Shown here in pieces: positions 30,501-39,483 of a DNA stretch of 64,000 nt. Source of the stretch: a bacterium (GTDB lineage: Bacteria > Zhuqueibacterota > Zhuqueibacteria > Residuimicrobiales > Krinioviventaceae); NCBI GenBank assembly GCA_963693055.1, contig OY843751.1, positions 4,320,001-4,384,000 of the forward strand, given 5' to 3'. The translations under genes and the position numbers were made by a program. Within the stretch, counting starts at the first letter, position 1. Every line of letters starts with the position of its first letter. The notes beneath the pieces are model-generated. The model searched no databases and was not told the DNA's origin. It worked only from the letters and a program-made list of their open reading frames with translations.

Positions 30501-31092
30501 AGCCAAGTGGGAAGTTGCCGCACACAAATACGCAGACCTGTCTGACGACAATTACGGCGTTTCTCTCATGAACGATTGTAAATATGGTTACGATGTTAAA
30601 GACAATGTTATGCGCCTCACCCTGCTGCGTTCCCCCCTAACTCCGGATCCCATCAGCAAACCCATTGGATACGAGAATCCCTATGCTGATCAGGGACTTC
30701 ACGAGTTTACCTATTCCATCTATCCTCACAAGGGAAACTGCAAAACTGCCAACAGTGTCCGCAAGGCATACGAACTCAATATGCCTTTAAAAGCGGTTGT
30801 AATGGAAAAACAGGATGGTCAGGCACCCCGTCAAAACAGCTATCTGAGCGTAAACAAGGAAAACCTGATAATAACCGCAGTCAAACGCGCGGAAGACTCG
30901 GACGCGCTCATCATCCGGCTTTACGAAACCCACGGCTGGCCTGTTGAAGCGAAAATCACACTCGCAGTGCCATTCACCAAAGCATGGACTGGCGATTTGA
31001 TGGAAAACAAACTGGAAAGTCTGGCAGTAAACGGCAAGACAGTAACTTTTTCAGCAGGCAAATATGAAATAGTAACCCTGATTTTGGAATAA
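27538..31092 (+). CDS. secreted GH38 alpha-mannosidase with N-terminal beta-sandwich extension
   Basis: ATG 27538 follows GGAGG; SHIDMAW, GGMWVEPD, PDTFGY, GDHGGGP, LYLEYHRGT, QFHDILPGS. Confidence 0.92.
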   Translation: MYWKRLLKGAILIMLIGSNSHSQTLQNSITQWLVLGSFKTDTLHTALQTPFLQNEANLQPVKGETALPSSFQWQAIETLPSGIIDFSEFHFPAQTQSIAYAATYIYSQNEKNIVLAIGSNDAYAFWLNKTRVHENFVFRTLLKGEDNITVRLSSGWNRLLFKVLNDGGGWGLSVDLEDTEGNVITDLQCTNEKPESVNMEAASPFAYIDHYEFGPSYMDNGKRYYPLNVTIRNLGKLGDHSGRATVDTRRSRFQSKSFKLDTVTTLSYNFSSRDLWNKLNKPCGIRIVMNGKMNDTEIFTIEPEMIFTSLFKGDELPEEILPFKPLFADFKENLFWYKTFTGQPFSYQPSDLADCVDHALHNEWGPFVQMLNTLFVDVINLSHIIKQDTLHMIGQSHIDMAWVWQWPETIDVCRRTYASAINFIDEYPDFQYIQSQAISFMWMEEKYPDLFAKIQQAVKENRFHLVGGMWVEPDLNLAGGEALIRQILYGKRYFREKFGVDCITGYTPDTFGYTWTLPQILAKSGFQYFVTTKIRWNDTTHFPHSIFRWISPDGSSILTCLPNGLNIANKPEELAEKMLEYKSEGYNNVPVLYGVGDHGGGPTRQHFERIKKMQNTSVFPALAHDDLDSYMQQIDHKYPDAPKYENELYLEYHRGTLTTQGRVKKQNRQAEIALEESEKLAVFSGIPWPQDSLETAWKLALFNQFHDILPGSSIPEVYDDADKDYLRVNTLTKDIINNSMQAITKDIDLDEKDTPVVVFNTLNWQRSGLVSVNLPQDLSIKEVKDDNDEKMPYQQTDISLQFIARDVPANGYKTYWLRKGKYKHHDEIKVGPTFLENEFVRVEIDAQNGNISKLFDKVNNQEILAEGQQGNILQFFEDKPDNYDAWNIGYTGEMQECSQVSSIIIKEKGPARAILSVVREYNKSVFTQDYTLYADSPRLDIVTQADWHEHHILAKAAFPVNVQSDKATFDIAYGSIERTTNPQTPAEKAKWEVAAHKYADLSDDNYGVSLMNDCKYGYDVKDNVMRLTLLRSPLTPDPISKPIGYENPYADQGLHEFTYSIYPHKGNCKTANSVRKAYELNMPLKAVVMEKQDGQAPRQNSYLSVNKENLIITAVKRAEDSDALIIRLYETHGWPVEAKITLAVPFTKAWTGDLMENKLESLAVNGKTVTFSAGKYEIVTLILE

Positions 31093-31100
31093 AGACAAAT

Positions 31101-31304
31101 GGCACCCTGCCCGGGGGACCTTGACCCGGGCAGGATAGCCCTGGTCCGCGGGTAGCCCCTAACCGCGGAACAAGGTTTGAGGCTGCGGCCGATATGGATA
31201 TTTACACTTGGCCCAATGAAACCTGCGCGTATCACGGACCTTTCCACATACCGGTCAAATCAGACCGGTTATACAAAATACCCGCCAGATGGGTAGCACT
31301 GGCG
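31101..31304. other. GC-rich multi-hairpin intergenic element
   Basis: Several stems: 31101-31140, 31139-31175, 31250-31269 and 31283-31304, between convergent genes. Confidence 0.5.
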
Positions 31305-31351
31305 AATATGAATGGTATAAAGCCCAACCCTGCATCAATCCCGCAAATCTG

Positions 31352-31825
31352 TTACAAACCGGCATCTGCCATGGCCGGCTTTGAAACCAGTTCCCATGTT
31401 TCTTTCAGATACCCTTCTGTTCTCTCTGATGCCTCAATTTCAATGGTCCACTGGTCTTCAACAATCTCGCTTTTAAATGTCAAATGCGTGCCCACTCGAG
31501 CCGGCGAGCTTGAAGCCTCGTAATACTCGGTATACGTACCTTCACCCAACGTATACGTGCCCACAGCGGCAAAGAACTGGGAATCGGGATTCGCCTTGTA
31601 CATCTCAATGACGGCAAAGTGCTCACCGCTCATGAGTTTGTAACAAATACGCTCCTCCCCGTCAATGGTACCGCTGATCTCTCCACTGGCATACTGGGCT
31701 TCAACCATTCTCCACGTACCGCAAAGAGGTCCCTTTAAAATCACTTCTCCCGGTTTGGGCTGGCAGGACATAAACAGCAAGATCATTAAAACCACGGAAA
31801 CGGTGCCATACATACCACGCATACA
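31352..31825 (-). CDS. putative lipoprotein (lipocalin-like beta-barrel)
   Basis: AGGAGG RBS near 31828-31833, hydrophobic signal ending FMSC, GTW motif, GTY, ETWE; exact start uncertain. Confidence 0.65.
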   Translation of the reverse strand, partial: CMRGMYGTVSVVLMILLFMSCQPKPGEVILKGPLCGTWRMVEAQYASGEISGTIDGEERICYKLMSGEHFAVIEMYKANPDSQFFAAVGTYTLGEGTYTEYYEASSSPARVGTHLTFKSEIVEDQWTIEIEASERTEGYLKETWELVSKPAMADAGL

Positions 31826-31993
31826 CACCTCCTGGTGTTTTGTGAAAAAACACAATAATGAATTAATGGAAATTTCCGTCCCGTTCCGGCAGGTTTGCGC
31901 CCAACATTCTGCGGATGGATGAGGTTCTTAAATTTGTAACAAAAATTTTGAGGAAAAGATTTCGGGGAAAGTGGAAGAATTATCGTTCAAAAA

Positions 31994-33424
31994 GGAAGTG
32001 TAAAGATTTTTGTGTAAATCATGAACAAGGGTTCAATAACCCGTAGGGTTATTGAATTTCGATCGCTGATTGATTTGCACACACTTTTCCAAGGGACTGT
32101 AAATTCGCTTGTGTTTTAAAAACAAATATTACATTTTATTAAATACAGGAGAATTTACCAATGAAACTTACACCTGAAATTATTAAACAACTTGAAAAAG
32201 ATTTTGAAAATTGCAAGACAGCAGACGATCTGCTGGGCAAAAATGGTCTGGTCAAGAATTTGATTAAGGGCATATCAGACCAAATTATGGAAGCTGAAAT
32301 GACCCAGCACTTGGGCTATGAGAGACATTCTTCAGAAGGTGATAACAGTGGCAATAGTAGAAACGGTCACAGCAGCAAAACAGTGAAGACAGATTTTGGT
32401 GAAATTGACATCAAAATCCCCCGTGATCGGAATGGAGAATTTGACCCGGTACTTGTCAAAAAGCACCAGCGTGATCTGGGCAAAATAGATGAAATTATCG
32501 TTGCCTTATATGCCAAAGGTCTGAGTACAAGAGACATCAAAGACCACCTGGAAACACTTTACGGCCTGGACGCTTCCCCAACATTTATTTCCAATGTTAC
32601 CGAACGGGTACGCGAGCTTGTCGTTGAATGGCAGTCAAGACCGTTGGATAGCGTTTATCCTATTGTTTATTTGGATGCTATCCACTATAAGATACGTGAC
32701 GAAGGGCGTATTATAAACAAGGCCGCCTATACTGTACTGGGAATCAATGGTGAAGGCTTTAAGGATTTACTTGGTATTTGGATCGACCAGTCCGAGGGCG
32801 CCAATTTCTGGCTGTCTGTTTTAACCGATATACGAAACCGTGGGGTTGAAGATATTCTGATTGCATGCGTAGATGGGCTGAAAGGCTTTCCGGATGCTAT
32901 TGCCAGCATTTTTCCCGATACTGAAGTCCAGCTTTGTATCATCCATCAAATCCGTAACTCGCTTCGTTATGTTGCATCAAAACATCAAAAAGAATTTATC
33001 AAAGATCTGAAGCTGGTTTATCAAAGCACAACTAAAGAAAACGCTGAACTGCAACTGGATCGCCTTGAACAAAAATGGGGGGTCAAATATCCCATTGTTA
33101 TCAATTCCTGGAGAAAAAACTGGGACAACCTGTCCAACTATTTTAAATATCCCGAAGAAATTCGGCGAATGATCTATACCACAAATAGTGTAGAGGCTCT
33201 GCACCGACAGCTTCGCAAAGTCACTAAAACCAAATCTCTGTTCCCCCACGATGATGCGTTGAAAAAAATGCTGTTTCTGGCCTACAGGGATATTGCTAAA
33301 AAATGGTCGCAGCCCATCAGAAACTGGGCCTTTGTTGTTTCTCAATTTTCTATTATATTTAAAGACAGGATGAAAATCCAAATATAGCACTACTATTCAT
33401 TTACACAAAAAAGTTTACAGTCTC
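31994..33424 (+). mobile_element. IS256-family element with appended ~99-bp MITE-like left end
   Basis: 8-bp direct repeat TTCAAAAA at 31986-31993 and 33425-33432. Outer IR GGAAGTGTAAAGATTTTTGTGTAAAT, inner IR GGGACTGTAAAT at 32093, right IR ATTTACACAAAAAAGTTTACAGTCTC. Confidence 0.85.
32161..33387 (+). CDS. IS256-family transposase
   Basis: NSRNG, PRDRNGEF, YLDAI, ACVDGLKGF, QLCIIHQ, YTTNSVE. Confidence 0.97.
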   Translation: MKLTPEIIKQLEKDFENCKTADDLLGKNGLVKNLIKGISDQIMEAEMTQHLGYERHSSEGDNSGNSRNGHSSKTVKTDFGEIDIKIPRDRNGEFDPVLVKKHQRDLGKIDEIIVALYAKGLSTRDIKDHLETLYGLDASPTFISNVTERVRELVVEWQSRPLDSVYPIVYLDAIHYKIRDEGRIINKAAYTVLGINGEGFKDLLGIWIDQSEGANFWLSVLTDIRNRGVEDILIACVDGLKGFPDAIASIFPDTEVQLCIIHQIRNSLRYVASKHQKEFIKDLKLVYQSTTKENAELQLDRLEQKWGVKYPIVINSWRKNWDNLSNYFKYPEEIRRMIYTTNSVEALHRQLRKVTKTKSLFPHDDALKKMLFLAYRDIAKKWSQPIRNWAFVVSQFSIIFKDRMKIQI

Positions 33425-33575
33425 TTCAAAAAATCTTTATATATAATATTCAAGTACTCACTTAATCCAACAAGAGCAATGTCTATATTCATTCTCAACT
33501 ATTTACAACCTAAAAAATATTATAAGGTTGGTAACTCAAATTTAACTAATTAAATTAAATAAAAATATATAGTCA

Positions 33576-35129
33576 CTAATCATTTTTAAGAATAGTTGTT
33601 CCAAGAAATTGCTTATCATTTAAAATATCCTTTATTAACATAACAATACTTTCCAATGTATTATTATCTAAAGCAAGCCCACCTTTTAAACTATTATTTT
33701 CAGAAATCAATAAATATCCATTTCCAACTTTATCTTTACCAATATTATTTGGATTAGCAATCCAATAATTTGTATGTTTTAACAACTCTTTTAATAAATT
33801 ATCTTTTAATGTTACATATTTAATATTTTCGCCAATATTTTTTTTAGTCAATTTTCGCATCCGTTTTGCAAGTTCTAATAGCTTTTTATAATCATTTTCA
33901 TTATTTAAAAAAAACAAATAATGAGAATTTTTCGTAGAAATATTATAGAACATTGCATTAAAAAAATCTTGATCTTTATTTCTTAAAAAGTTAGGCAATA
34001 ATATCCAAAATTCTTTCAATTCTGGAAATGTACGTTCCCACTTCGCAATTTCAGACATAGGTGTAATTTTTAAAATATTTTGTGTTTTAATATATTTCAA
34101 AATACTTTCATAATTTATATTAGTTTTGCCAAGCTGTTTAGCTGTAGTAATAATTAACTGAGCTTTTATTTGATTTTTATAAAATTCATGCAAATTATCA
34201 AATTTGTTTTCAGACAATTCATAATCAGAAATATTTTTCAAAAACTTTTCCACGTTCTTATTTTTTGTACTAAAAAAATCTGGTGAAATATTTAAACAAA
34301 GCTGCAAATAATCAGCTAACAACAATGATTCATCAGGATTTTCCTTTTTACCTATCACAACATTTTCATCAACTTCTAAATTTAAATCTGTATGAATTAT
34401 TGTAAATCGCTGACTTTCATTTTGAAGTCCAATTTTTTCGATAATTGAGTTTTTCAAATTAAACTCTTGATCATCTAGCAACTCTGGCAATCTAGTTAAA
34501 ACTGGAATTATGTCAATTGGTTTTGTTTCATCAGGTTTAGAAACATTTCTAATACAATTAACTATTATTTTTGTTCCGTCAATATTTTCAGTATTATTCA
34601 TAAATAATACTACAACTTTATCTGCTAGTAATGAAGTCGCTACACCACCAATTTCAGTAATACCGGTCCTTGAATCGATTAATAAAATATCAGGATGATA
34701 TTTTTTTTCAATCATTCCTTTTAAATTTAAGAAAAAAGAAATTCCTTCTAAATCATGGTTATGATAAAATTTTTTATGCCAATCTAATTTAGATAATTTT
34801 TGCAAATAATCACTTTCTAAAGGATTTCCTGCAGGTAATAAATGAATTGAGCCACATTTTGATGTATTTTTATTTATTTCAATCACATAACGATTCAAAG
34901 CATTATCAACACTTTTATATTTAAACCAATAATAAATAAAATCAATTAACCCTTTTTTCATTTCTTCTTTATTTGTTAAAGCAAACTTGTAATGCTGACC
35001 AGGTGCTTCTAAATCTAAGTCTAAAACAAAAACATTTAAACCTATCATGGAATAAAAATTTGCCACATTCGCAACTGCTAAGGATCTTCCAACCCCACCT
35101 TTATATGAATAAAATGTTACTGTTTCCAT
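33576..35129 (-). CDS. KGGVGR-motif ParA/MinD-like ATPase with uncharacterised C-terminal domain
   Basis: TFYSYKGGVGRSLAVANVA, DLDLEAPG, LLPAG, LIDSRTGITEIGG; about 230 extra C-terminal residues. Confidence 0.85.
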   Translation of the reverse strand: METVTFYSYKGGVGRSLAVANVANFYSMIGLNVFVLDLDLEAPGQHYKFALTNKEEMKKGLIDFIYYWFKYKSVDNALNRYVIEINKNTSKCGSIHLLPAGNPLESDYLQKLSKLDWHKKFYHNHDLEGISFFLNLKGMIEKKYHPDILLIDSRTGITEIGGVATSLLADKVVVLFMNNTENIDGTKIIVNCIRNVSKPDETKPIDIIPVLTRLPELLDDQEFNLKNSIIEKIGLQNESQRFTIIHTDLNLEVDENVVIGKKENPDESLLLADYLQLCLNISPDFFSTKNKNVEKFLKNISDYELSENKFDNLHEFYKNQIKAQLIITTAKQLGKTNINYESILKYIKTQNILKITPMSEIAKWERTFPELKEFWILLPNFLRNKDQDFFNAMFYNISTKNSHYLFFLNNENDYKKLLELAKRMRKLTKKNIGENIKYVTLKDNLLKELLKHTNYWIANPNNIGKDKVGNGYLLISENNSLKGGLALDNNTLESIVMLIKDILNDKQFLGTTILKND

Positions 35130-35141
35130 ATTTTCCTCTAT

Positions 35142-35615
35142 TTAATCTATTTTTTCACAAAAAAAACTTTTATTCCAATTTGATTTCATATAAAAATTTA
35201 AAGTTTTTTCATCAACAAATTGAAAAATATTCTCTTCATCTTGAAAAGAATCATTGTCTATACGTTTTTCCAAATTAAATGGCAAAAATTTGATTTTATT
35301 CATCTTAATAAACTCAATAAATTTTTTACTTGTACTATCTAAAAAAATAAACTTTGTTGAAATATCTGAATTAAAATCTTCAATCGATTTTTTAGTATTG
35401 AAGTGATAAAGTCTTCCTTCAAAATGAAGTAAAATTGTTCTCCATTTTTGAAAAAGAGTATACACACATTTATAATCAGAAATATCATGTGTTTTCATCA
35501 TAAAATCTTGTAGTTCATTTAGGTATTTAATAATACTTTCGGCTGGTAAATTATCCGTTTCAAAAAGAGAGTTTTCTAATATTTCGTCCTGCAACTTGAA
35601 TTCATCGATTTTCAT
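35142..35615 (-). CDS. hypothetical protein (island gene 2)
   Basis: 157-aa ORF in very AT-rich DNA, ATGA overlap with the upstream gene. Confidence 0.7.
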   Translation of the reverse strand: MKIDEFKLQDEILENSLFETDNLPAESIIKYLNELQDFMMKTHDISDYKCVYTLFQKWRTILLHFEGRLYHFNTKKSIEDFNSDISTKFIFLDSTSKKFIEFIKMNKIKFLPFNLEKRIDNDSFQDEENIFQFVDEKTLNFYMKSNWNKSFFCEKID

Positions 35616-36223
35616 AAAACTCTTTCTATACTATTCTTTAGTTCAGTATGCAAGTAATCCAAAATGGGTGCTGTATTAATAATTGATTTATCAGCAGCAT
35701 TTAAGATTGTTTTAATTTTGGTTTCAATAATTGCTACATATGGAGTAAATGTTTTTCCATAATTCTGATTATTATCCATTTGCACTATTTTTTTAAAAAC
35801 TTTTTTTAACTCATTCAATTCATTATACATTTCATTATAAAACAAATCAATTTTCTCTAAATTTTCTCTAATTGCATATGTGAAATATTGGACTTTACTT
35901 TCTTCAAAAACAATTTGAATCTTGTTTGGATTACATTCTTTTATAAAACTGTTATAATAATCCAACAATCTTTCCACTTTTTTATGTTTAATCGTAATAT
36001 CCGTAATATCAAGAATACTATTAACAATTTCTTCAATATTAATTTTCGAAAAATCTTCACAACCATTATGTATTGTTTTAGCATCTTTTAACATTTGATA
36101 CACAATATCAATTTTTAATAATTGACCATTCATCTGTATTAGGACATCTTCATGTTTTGAATCTTTGTTGAAGCTTTGATACACACTCATCGCACTTAAA
36201 ATAACCGATACAAGTTCTAACAT
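35612..36223 (-). CDS. hypothetical helical protein (island gene 1)
   Basis: 203-aa ORF with GGGAGG RBS and short hydrophobic N-terminus. Confidence 0.7.
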   Translation of the reverse strand: MLELVSVILSAMSVYQSFNKDSKHEDVLIQMNGQLLKIDIVYQMLKDAKTIHNGCEDFSKINIEEIVNSILDITDITIKHKKVERLLDYYNSFIKECNPNKIQIVFEESKVQYFTYAIRENLEKIDLFYNEMYNELNELKKVFKKIVQMDNNQNYGKTFTPYVAIIETKIKTILNAADKSIINTAPILDYLHTELKNSIERVL

Positions 36224-36375
36224 CTAAACCTCCCAACCATTCTAATTAGAAATATAATTATTAAAAAAATATATCAATACATAGTAATGCAACGAATTGA
36301 TTTTACATATTTCATTAATATGCAAAAAGTCTAAAATTTTATAATTTATGAACAGCTTTACAACAAATATAGGTT

Positions 36376-37587
36376 GAAACCTCTGAAATATTATTAGAAT
36401 CAAAGGTAATAATTTACTAATTTGCTGTATGATAAAAAAAACTGGAGTTTTACATGGGTCGCAATAGAATAAACAATGAAGACTTGTTTACCACAGCAGC
36501 AAATGAAAATTTCAAAAAGCATATAAAAACCCAAAGCAAACAAGCTCTGGAAATTATCAAAGAAAAAATTGATTGGCAAAATTTACTTGAACCCATTGAA
36601 GAACGTATTGAACAATCAAAAACCAGAAAATCAAATGCAGGCAAGCCGTCATTTGATTTGTTAGTTATTGTTCGTTGTTTTTTATTACAACGTATCTATG
36701 GTTTATCCGATCCTCGCCTGGAAGAAGAGATTGCGGATCGACGTAGTTTTCAATTGTTTCTGGAACTGACCAGTGCGGATGCAATCCCTGACGAAACCAC
36801 TATCTGCCGATATCGTGAACTATTTGCCCGTCTTGGTCTTGATAAAATACTGTTCCGGCAATTCAACAAACAGCTTGAAAAAATGGGTCTGATCGTTGGC
36901 AAAGGAACACTTGTTGATGCAACTATAAAACAAGCACAAGCGAAACCAGGAAGCAAGCGTGATCGTGATGCAGATTTCACAAAGAAACGTGGCAAAACGC
37001 ATTATGGCTACAAAGGCCATATTGGTACAGATTTGGACAGTGATATTATTCATTCTGTAGAGTTTACCAGCGCAAGTATTCACGACACAAATCTTTTTCC
37101 GGATCTGATAACAGAAAAAGAAAATGCGGTGTTCGCAGATAAAGGTTACACGAACAAAGCCCGCAAGTGCAACCTGCGAGGCAAAGGAGTCTATTGCGGC
37201 ATTCTTGATAAAGGATATAGAAACCGAAATTTGACATCAAAGCAGGTAAAAAGAAATAAGCAATTATCTAAAGTTCGGAATGCAGTTGAAAGACCGTTTG
37301 CCTTTATGAAGCAAGTATTAGATTATGATCGGTGCAGTTATTATGATATGGGCCGAAATCGTTTTGAATTTGTGATTGCAGCATGGGTTTATAATATCAG
37401 GCGTATGGTTACATTAACCACTTGAGCCATTTCGTAGGTATATAACCTATGTATTAGAGTAATGATAGTAAATTTTGTCAAAGAACAATTTTAAATGTTA
37501 TAGATTTTATAAATATTTCATTCTCTTTGGAAAATTGAACTCAATTTATTAGTTCAATATGAAAAAATCCAATATTTCAGATGTTTC
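36376..37587 (+). mobile_element. IS5-family insertion sequence
   Basis: Terminal IRs GAAACCTCTGAAATATT / AATATTTCAGATGTTTC (16/17 match); flanking direct repeat AGGTT at 36371-36375 and 37588-37592. Confidence 0.92.
36454..37425 (+). CDS. IS5-family transposase
   Basis: YGLSDPRLEE, PDETTI, LVDAT, YGYKGH, ADKGY, RNAVERPF. Confidence 0.96.
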   Translation: MGRNRINNEDLFTTAANENFKKHIKTQSKQALEIIKEKIDWQNLLEPIEERIEQSKTRKSNAGKPSFDLLVIVRCFLLQRIYGLSDPRLEEEIADRRSFQLFLELTSADAIPDETTICRYRELFARLGLDKILFRQFNKQLEKMGLIVGKGTLVDATIKQAQAKPGSKRDRDADFTKKRGKTHYGYKGHIGTDLDSDIIHSVEFTSASIHDTNLFPDLITEKENAVFADKGYTNKARKCNLRGKGVYCGILDKGYRNRNLTSKQVKRNKQLSKVRNAVERPFAFMKQVLDYDRCSYYDMGRNRFEFVIAAWVYNIRRMVTLTT

Positions 37588-37846
37588 AGGTTGTTAATTT
37601 ATTTTTAATTACATGTAAAACTTTAACAATCAAAATCAACATTTTTGTAATATTAATATAATCCCAAGACCCCTTTGCCCCCAAAGGCCCCTTACATTCT
37701 TGTAATTCAATTTACAATTATTTACAAAAATGTCAAGTGTAAAATTACATTTTCTGTACTTTTTTTCACAGATTTTTACGCAAATAGAGGAGATATTGGA
37801 TATTTATAAAGATGTTTGTTGCAGTTTTTGCACAGATTGTTGACAA

Positions 37847-38755
37847 TTAGTCACATATGAGTCCCAGCAGCGTTTCCGCCACATCCACAATACTCTTTAC
37901 CGGATTGCCGAATTTTTCTTTGCCCGACCCAAATGCCAATGTCATGGCAGGATTTCGGGTGTGCCCCTTGAATGATAGATCTTCAATATTGCCGTGGTCG
38001 CTGGTGAGCAGTACCAGTGTCTCGTCCAGATTTACGGTTTTTAGAATGGCCCCAAGAAACGCTTCCAGTTTTACGATCTCGTTCCTGGCGCGCTCCATTT
38101 CTTTGCTATGACCGGCAAAATCGGTTTGAAAATATTCAAACAACGCCAGATCATACGCCCGGCTCTGTTTCCCAATGATCTCCCCCGCCTTTTTCGGAGA
38201 TACCACCGGTGCGTCAAATCCTTTTTCGCGCAGAGCGTCTCCGCTCATATCCTGATATACACTGCGCTCCGCCCAGATATCCTCGATGCCGAAAAACTTT
38301 TGTCCCGCAAAATAGTTCATACACGACGTAACGGACAAGTGCCGGATGATCTCGTCCGGTTCAAAATCAAAGAATGGCGGACGGAAAGCGTTCAAAAACG
38401 CGACCTTTTTCCCCTTGTCCACCAGTTTTTTAAAAATGGAGTGCTCTTTAATCACCTCGCGCAATTGCGCGTTGGGACGGTGATTGAGGTGTCTCCCCAG
38501 CAGTTTACTGGCATTAACACCGGTAAACAGCGATGTCTGCCCGGTTGCGCTCTGCGGCAGCAGGGGCATATCCAGATTGGCATCCAGTCCCAGTGCAATG
38601 CCGTCATGCGGCAGGGATTTGGGATACTGTTGATCAAGCGTATTGTTGAAAAACCGCCATTGCGGGTCCGCACAGGGATTGATTTCGGGATCGTTTTCGC
38701 CAATACCAATACCGTCAACAAACAGAAAAAGAATATGTTTAGGAGATTTTAACAT
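37847..38755 (-). CDS. alkaline-phosphatase-superfamily metalloenzyme (iPGM/phosphopentomutase-like)
   Basis: FVDGIGIG, PQSATGQT, TDFAGH, TSDHGNIED, GHTRNP. Confidence 0.82.
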   Translation of the reverse strand: MLKSPKHILFLFVDGIGIGENDPEINPCADPQWRFFNNTLDQQYPKSLPHDGIALGLDANLDMPLLPQSATGQTSLFTGVNASKLLGRHLNHRPNAQLREVIKEHSIFKKLVDKGKKVAFLNAFRPPFFDFEPDEIIRHLSVTSCMNYFAGQKFFGIEDIWAERSVYQDMSGDALREKGFDAPVVSPKKAGEIIGKQSRAYDLALFEYFQTDFAGHSKEMERARNEIVKLEAFLGAILKTVNLDETLVLLTSDHGNIEDLSFKGHTRNPAMTLAFGSGKEKFGNPVKSIVDVAETLLGLICD

Positions 38756-38867
38756 AAATTCACATTTTCAAATCAAAACAACAAAACGCAAAGGATGCAG
38801 TCAAGTTAGAATTGTATACACGCAATCATCTCTGCCAAAAAAATCATTTTATATATCATCATGGATA

Positions 38868-39428
38868 TTAATAGTCAGATTGGGGAGCAGTTGAACTGAC
38901 ACATAATTTTTCATATAAAAATTCCGGTGCAAAATCAGCTCCATTTGGCCAGACAATTGTTCTTAATTCCTGATCAAGTTTAAATTTTTTAAAATAAGAT
39001 ATATCATTCAAGGGAGCAAAAATATCCCCATCCAGTTCATCTTTTAGGTCAATATGGCCACTCACGCCATCTTGAAAAGAAATATTCAATATATGTTCTT
39101 TAACATACTCTACTTTGGTAATTCTAGGTATCATATGACTACTCCAATGGTGCATTTTTTTCAAGCGGTTTTTTCTGCTTAGCAAGCTGCTGACACATAA
39201 TTTTTCATATAAAAATTCCGGTGCAAAATCAGCTCCATTTGGCCAGACAATTGTTCTTAATTCCTGATCAAGTTTAAATTTTTTAAAATAAGATATATCA
39301 TTCAAGGGAGCAAAAATATCCCCATCCAGTTCATCTTTTAGGTCAATATGGCCACTCACGCCATCTTGAAAAGAAATATTCAATATATGTTCTTTAACAT
39401 ACTCTACTTTGGTAATTCTAGGTATCAT
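38868..39428 (-). CDS. DUF2442 (antitoxin-like) protein, present as an in-frame tandem double
   Basis: Two identical MIPRITKV...FQDG...TIVWPNGADFAPEFLY units; ATGs at 39428 and 39134. Confidence 0.8.
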   Translation of the reverse strand: MIPRITKVEYVKEHILNISFQDGVSGHIDLKDELDGDIFAPLNDISYFKKFKLDQELRTIVWPNGADFAPEFLYEKLCVSSLLSRKNRLKKMHHWSSHMIPRITKVEYVKEHILNISFQDGVSGHIDLKDELDGDIFAPLNDISYFKKFKLDQELRTIVWPNGADFAPEFLYEKLCVSSTAPQSDY

Positions 39429-39483
39429 ATGACTACTCCAATGGTGCATTTTTTTCAAGCGGTTTTTTCTGCTTAGCAAGCTG
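38896..39483. repeat. 294-bp direct tandem duplication
   Basis: 38896-39189 repeats at 39190-39483; the period of 98 codons keeps the frame. Confidence 0.92.

Noticed and set aside
32093-37587. IS256 + island + IS5 as one composite transposon
   Set aside because: The elements belong to different families and each has its own target duplication, so they are independent insertions.
38108-38752. Long antisense ORFs (this 214-aa one, also 48260-48910, 52806-53501 and 59851-60537)
   Set aside because: They lie opposite well-supported genes and carry no recognisable motifs.
39429-39479. TTG start at 39479 for the DUF2442 ORF
   Set aside because: This stretch is the 3' end of the DUF4160 gene in another frame; ATG 39428 fits the family start.
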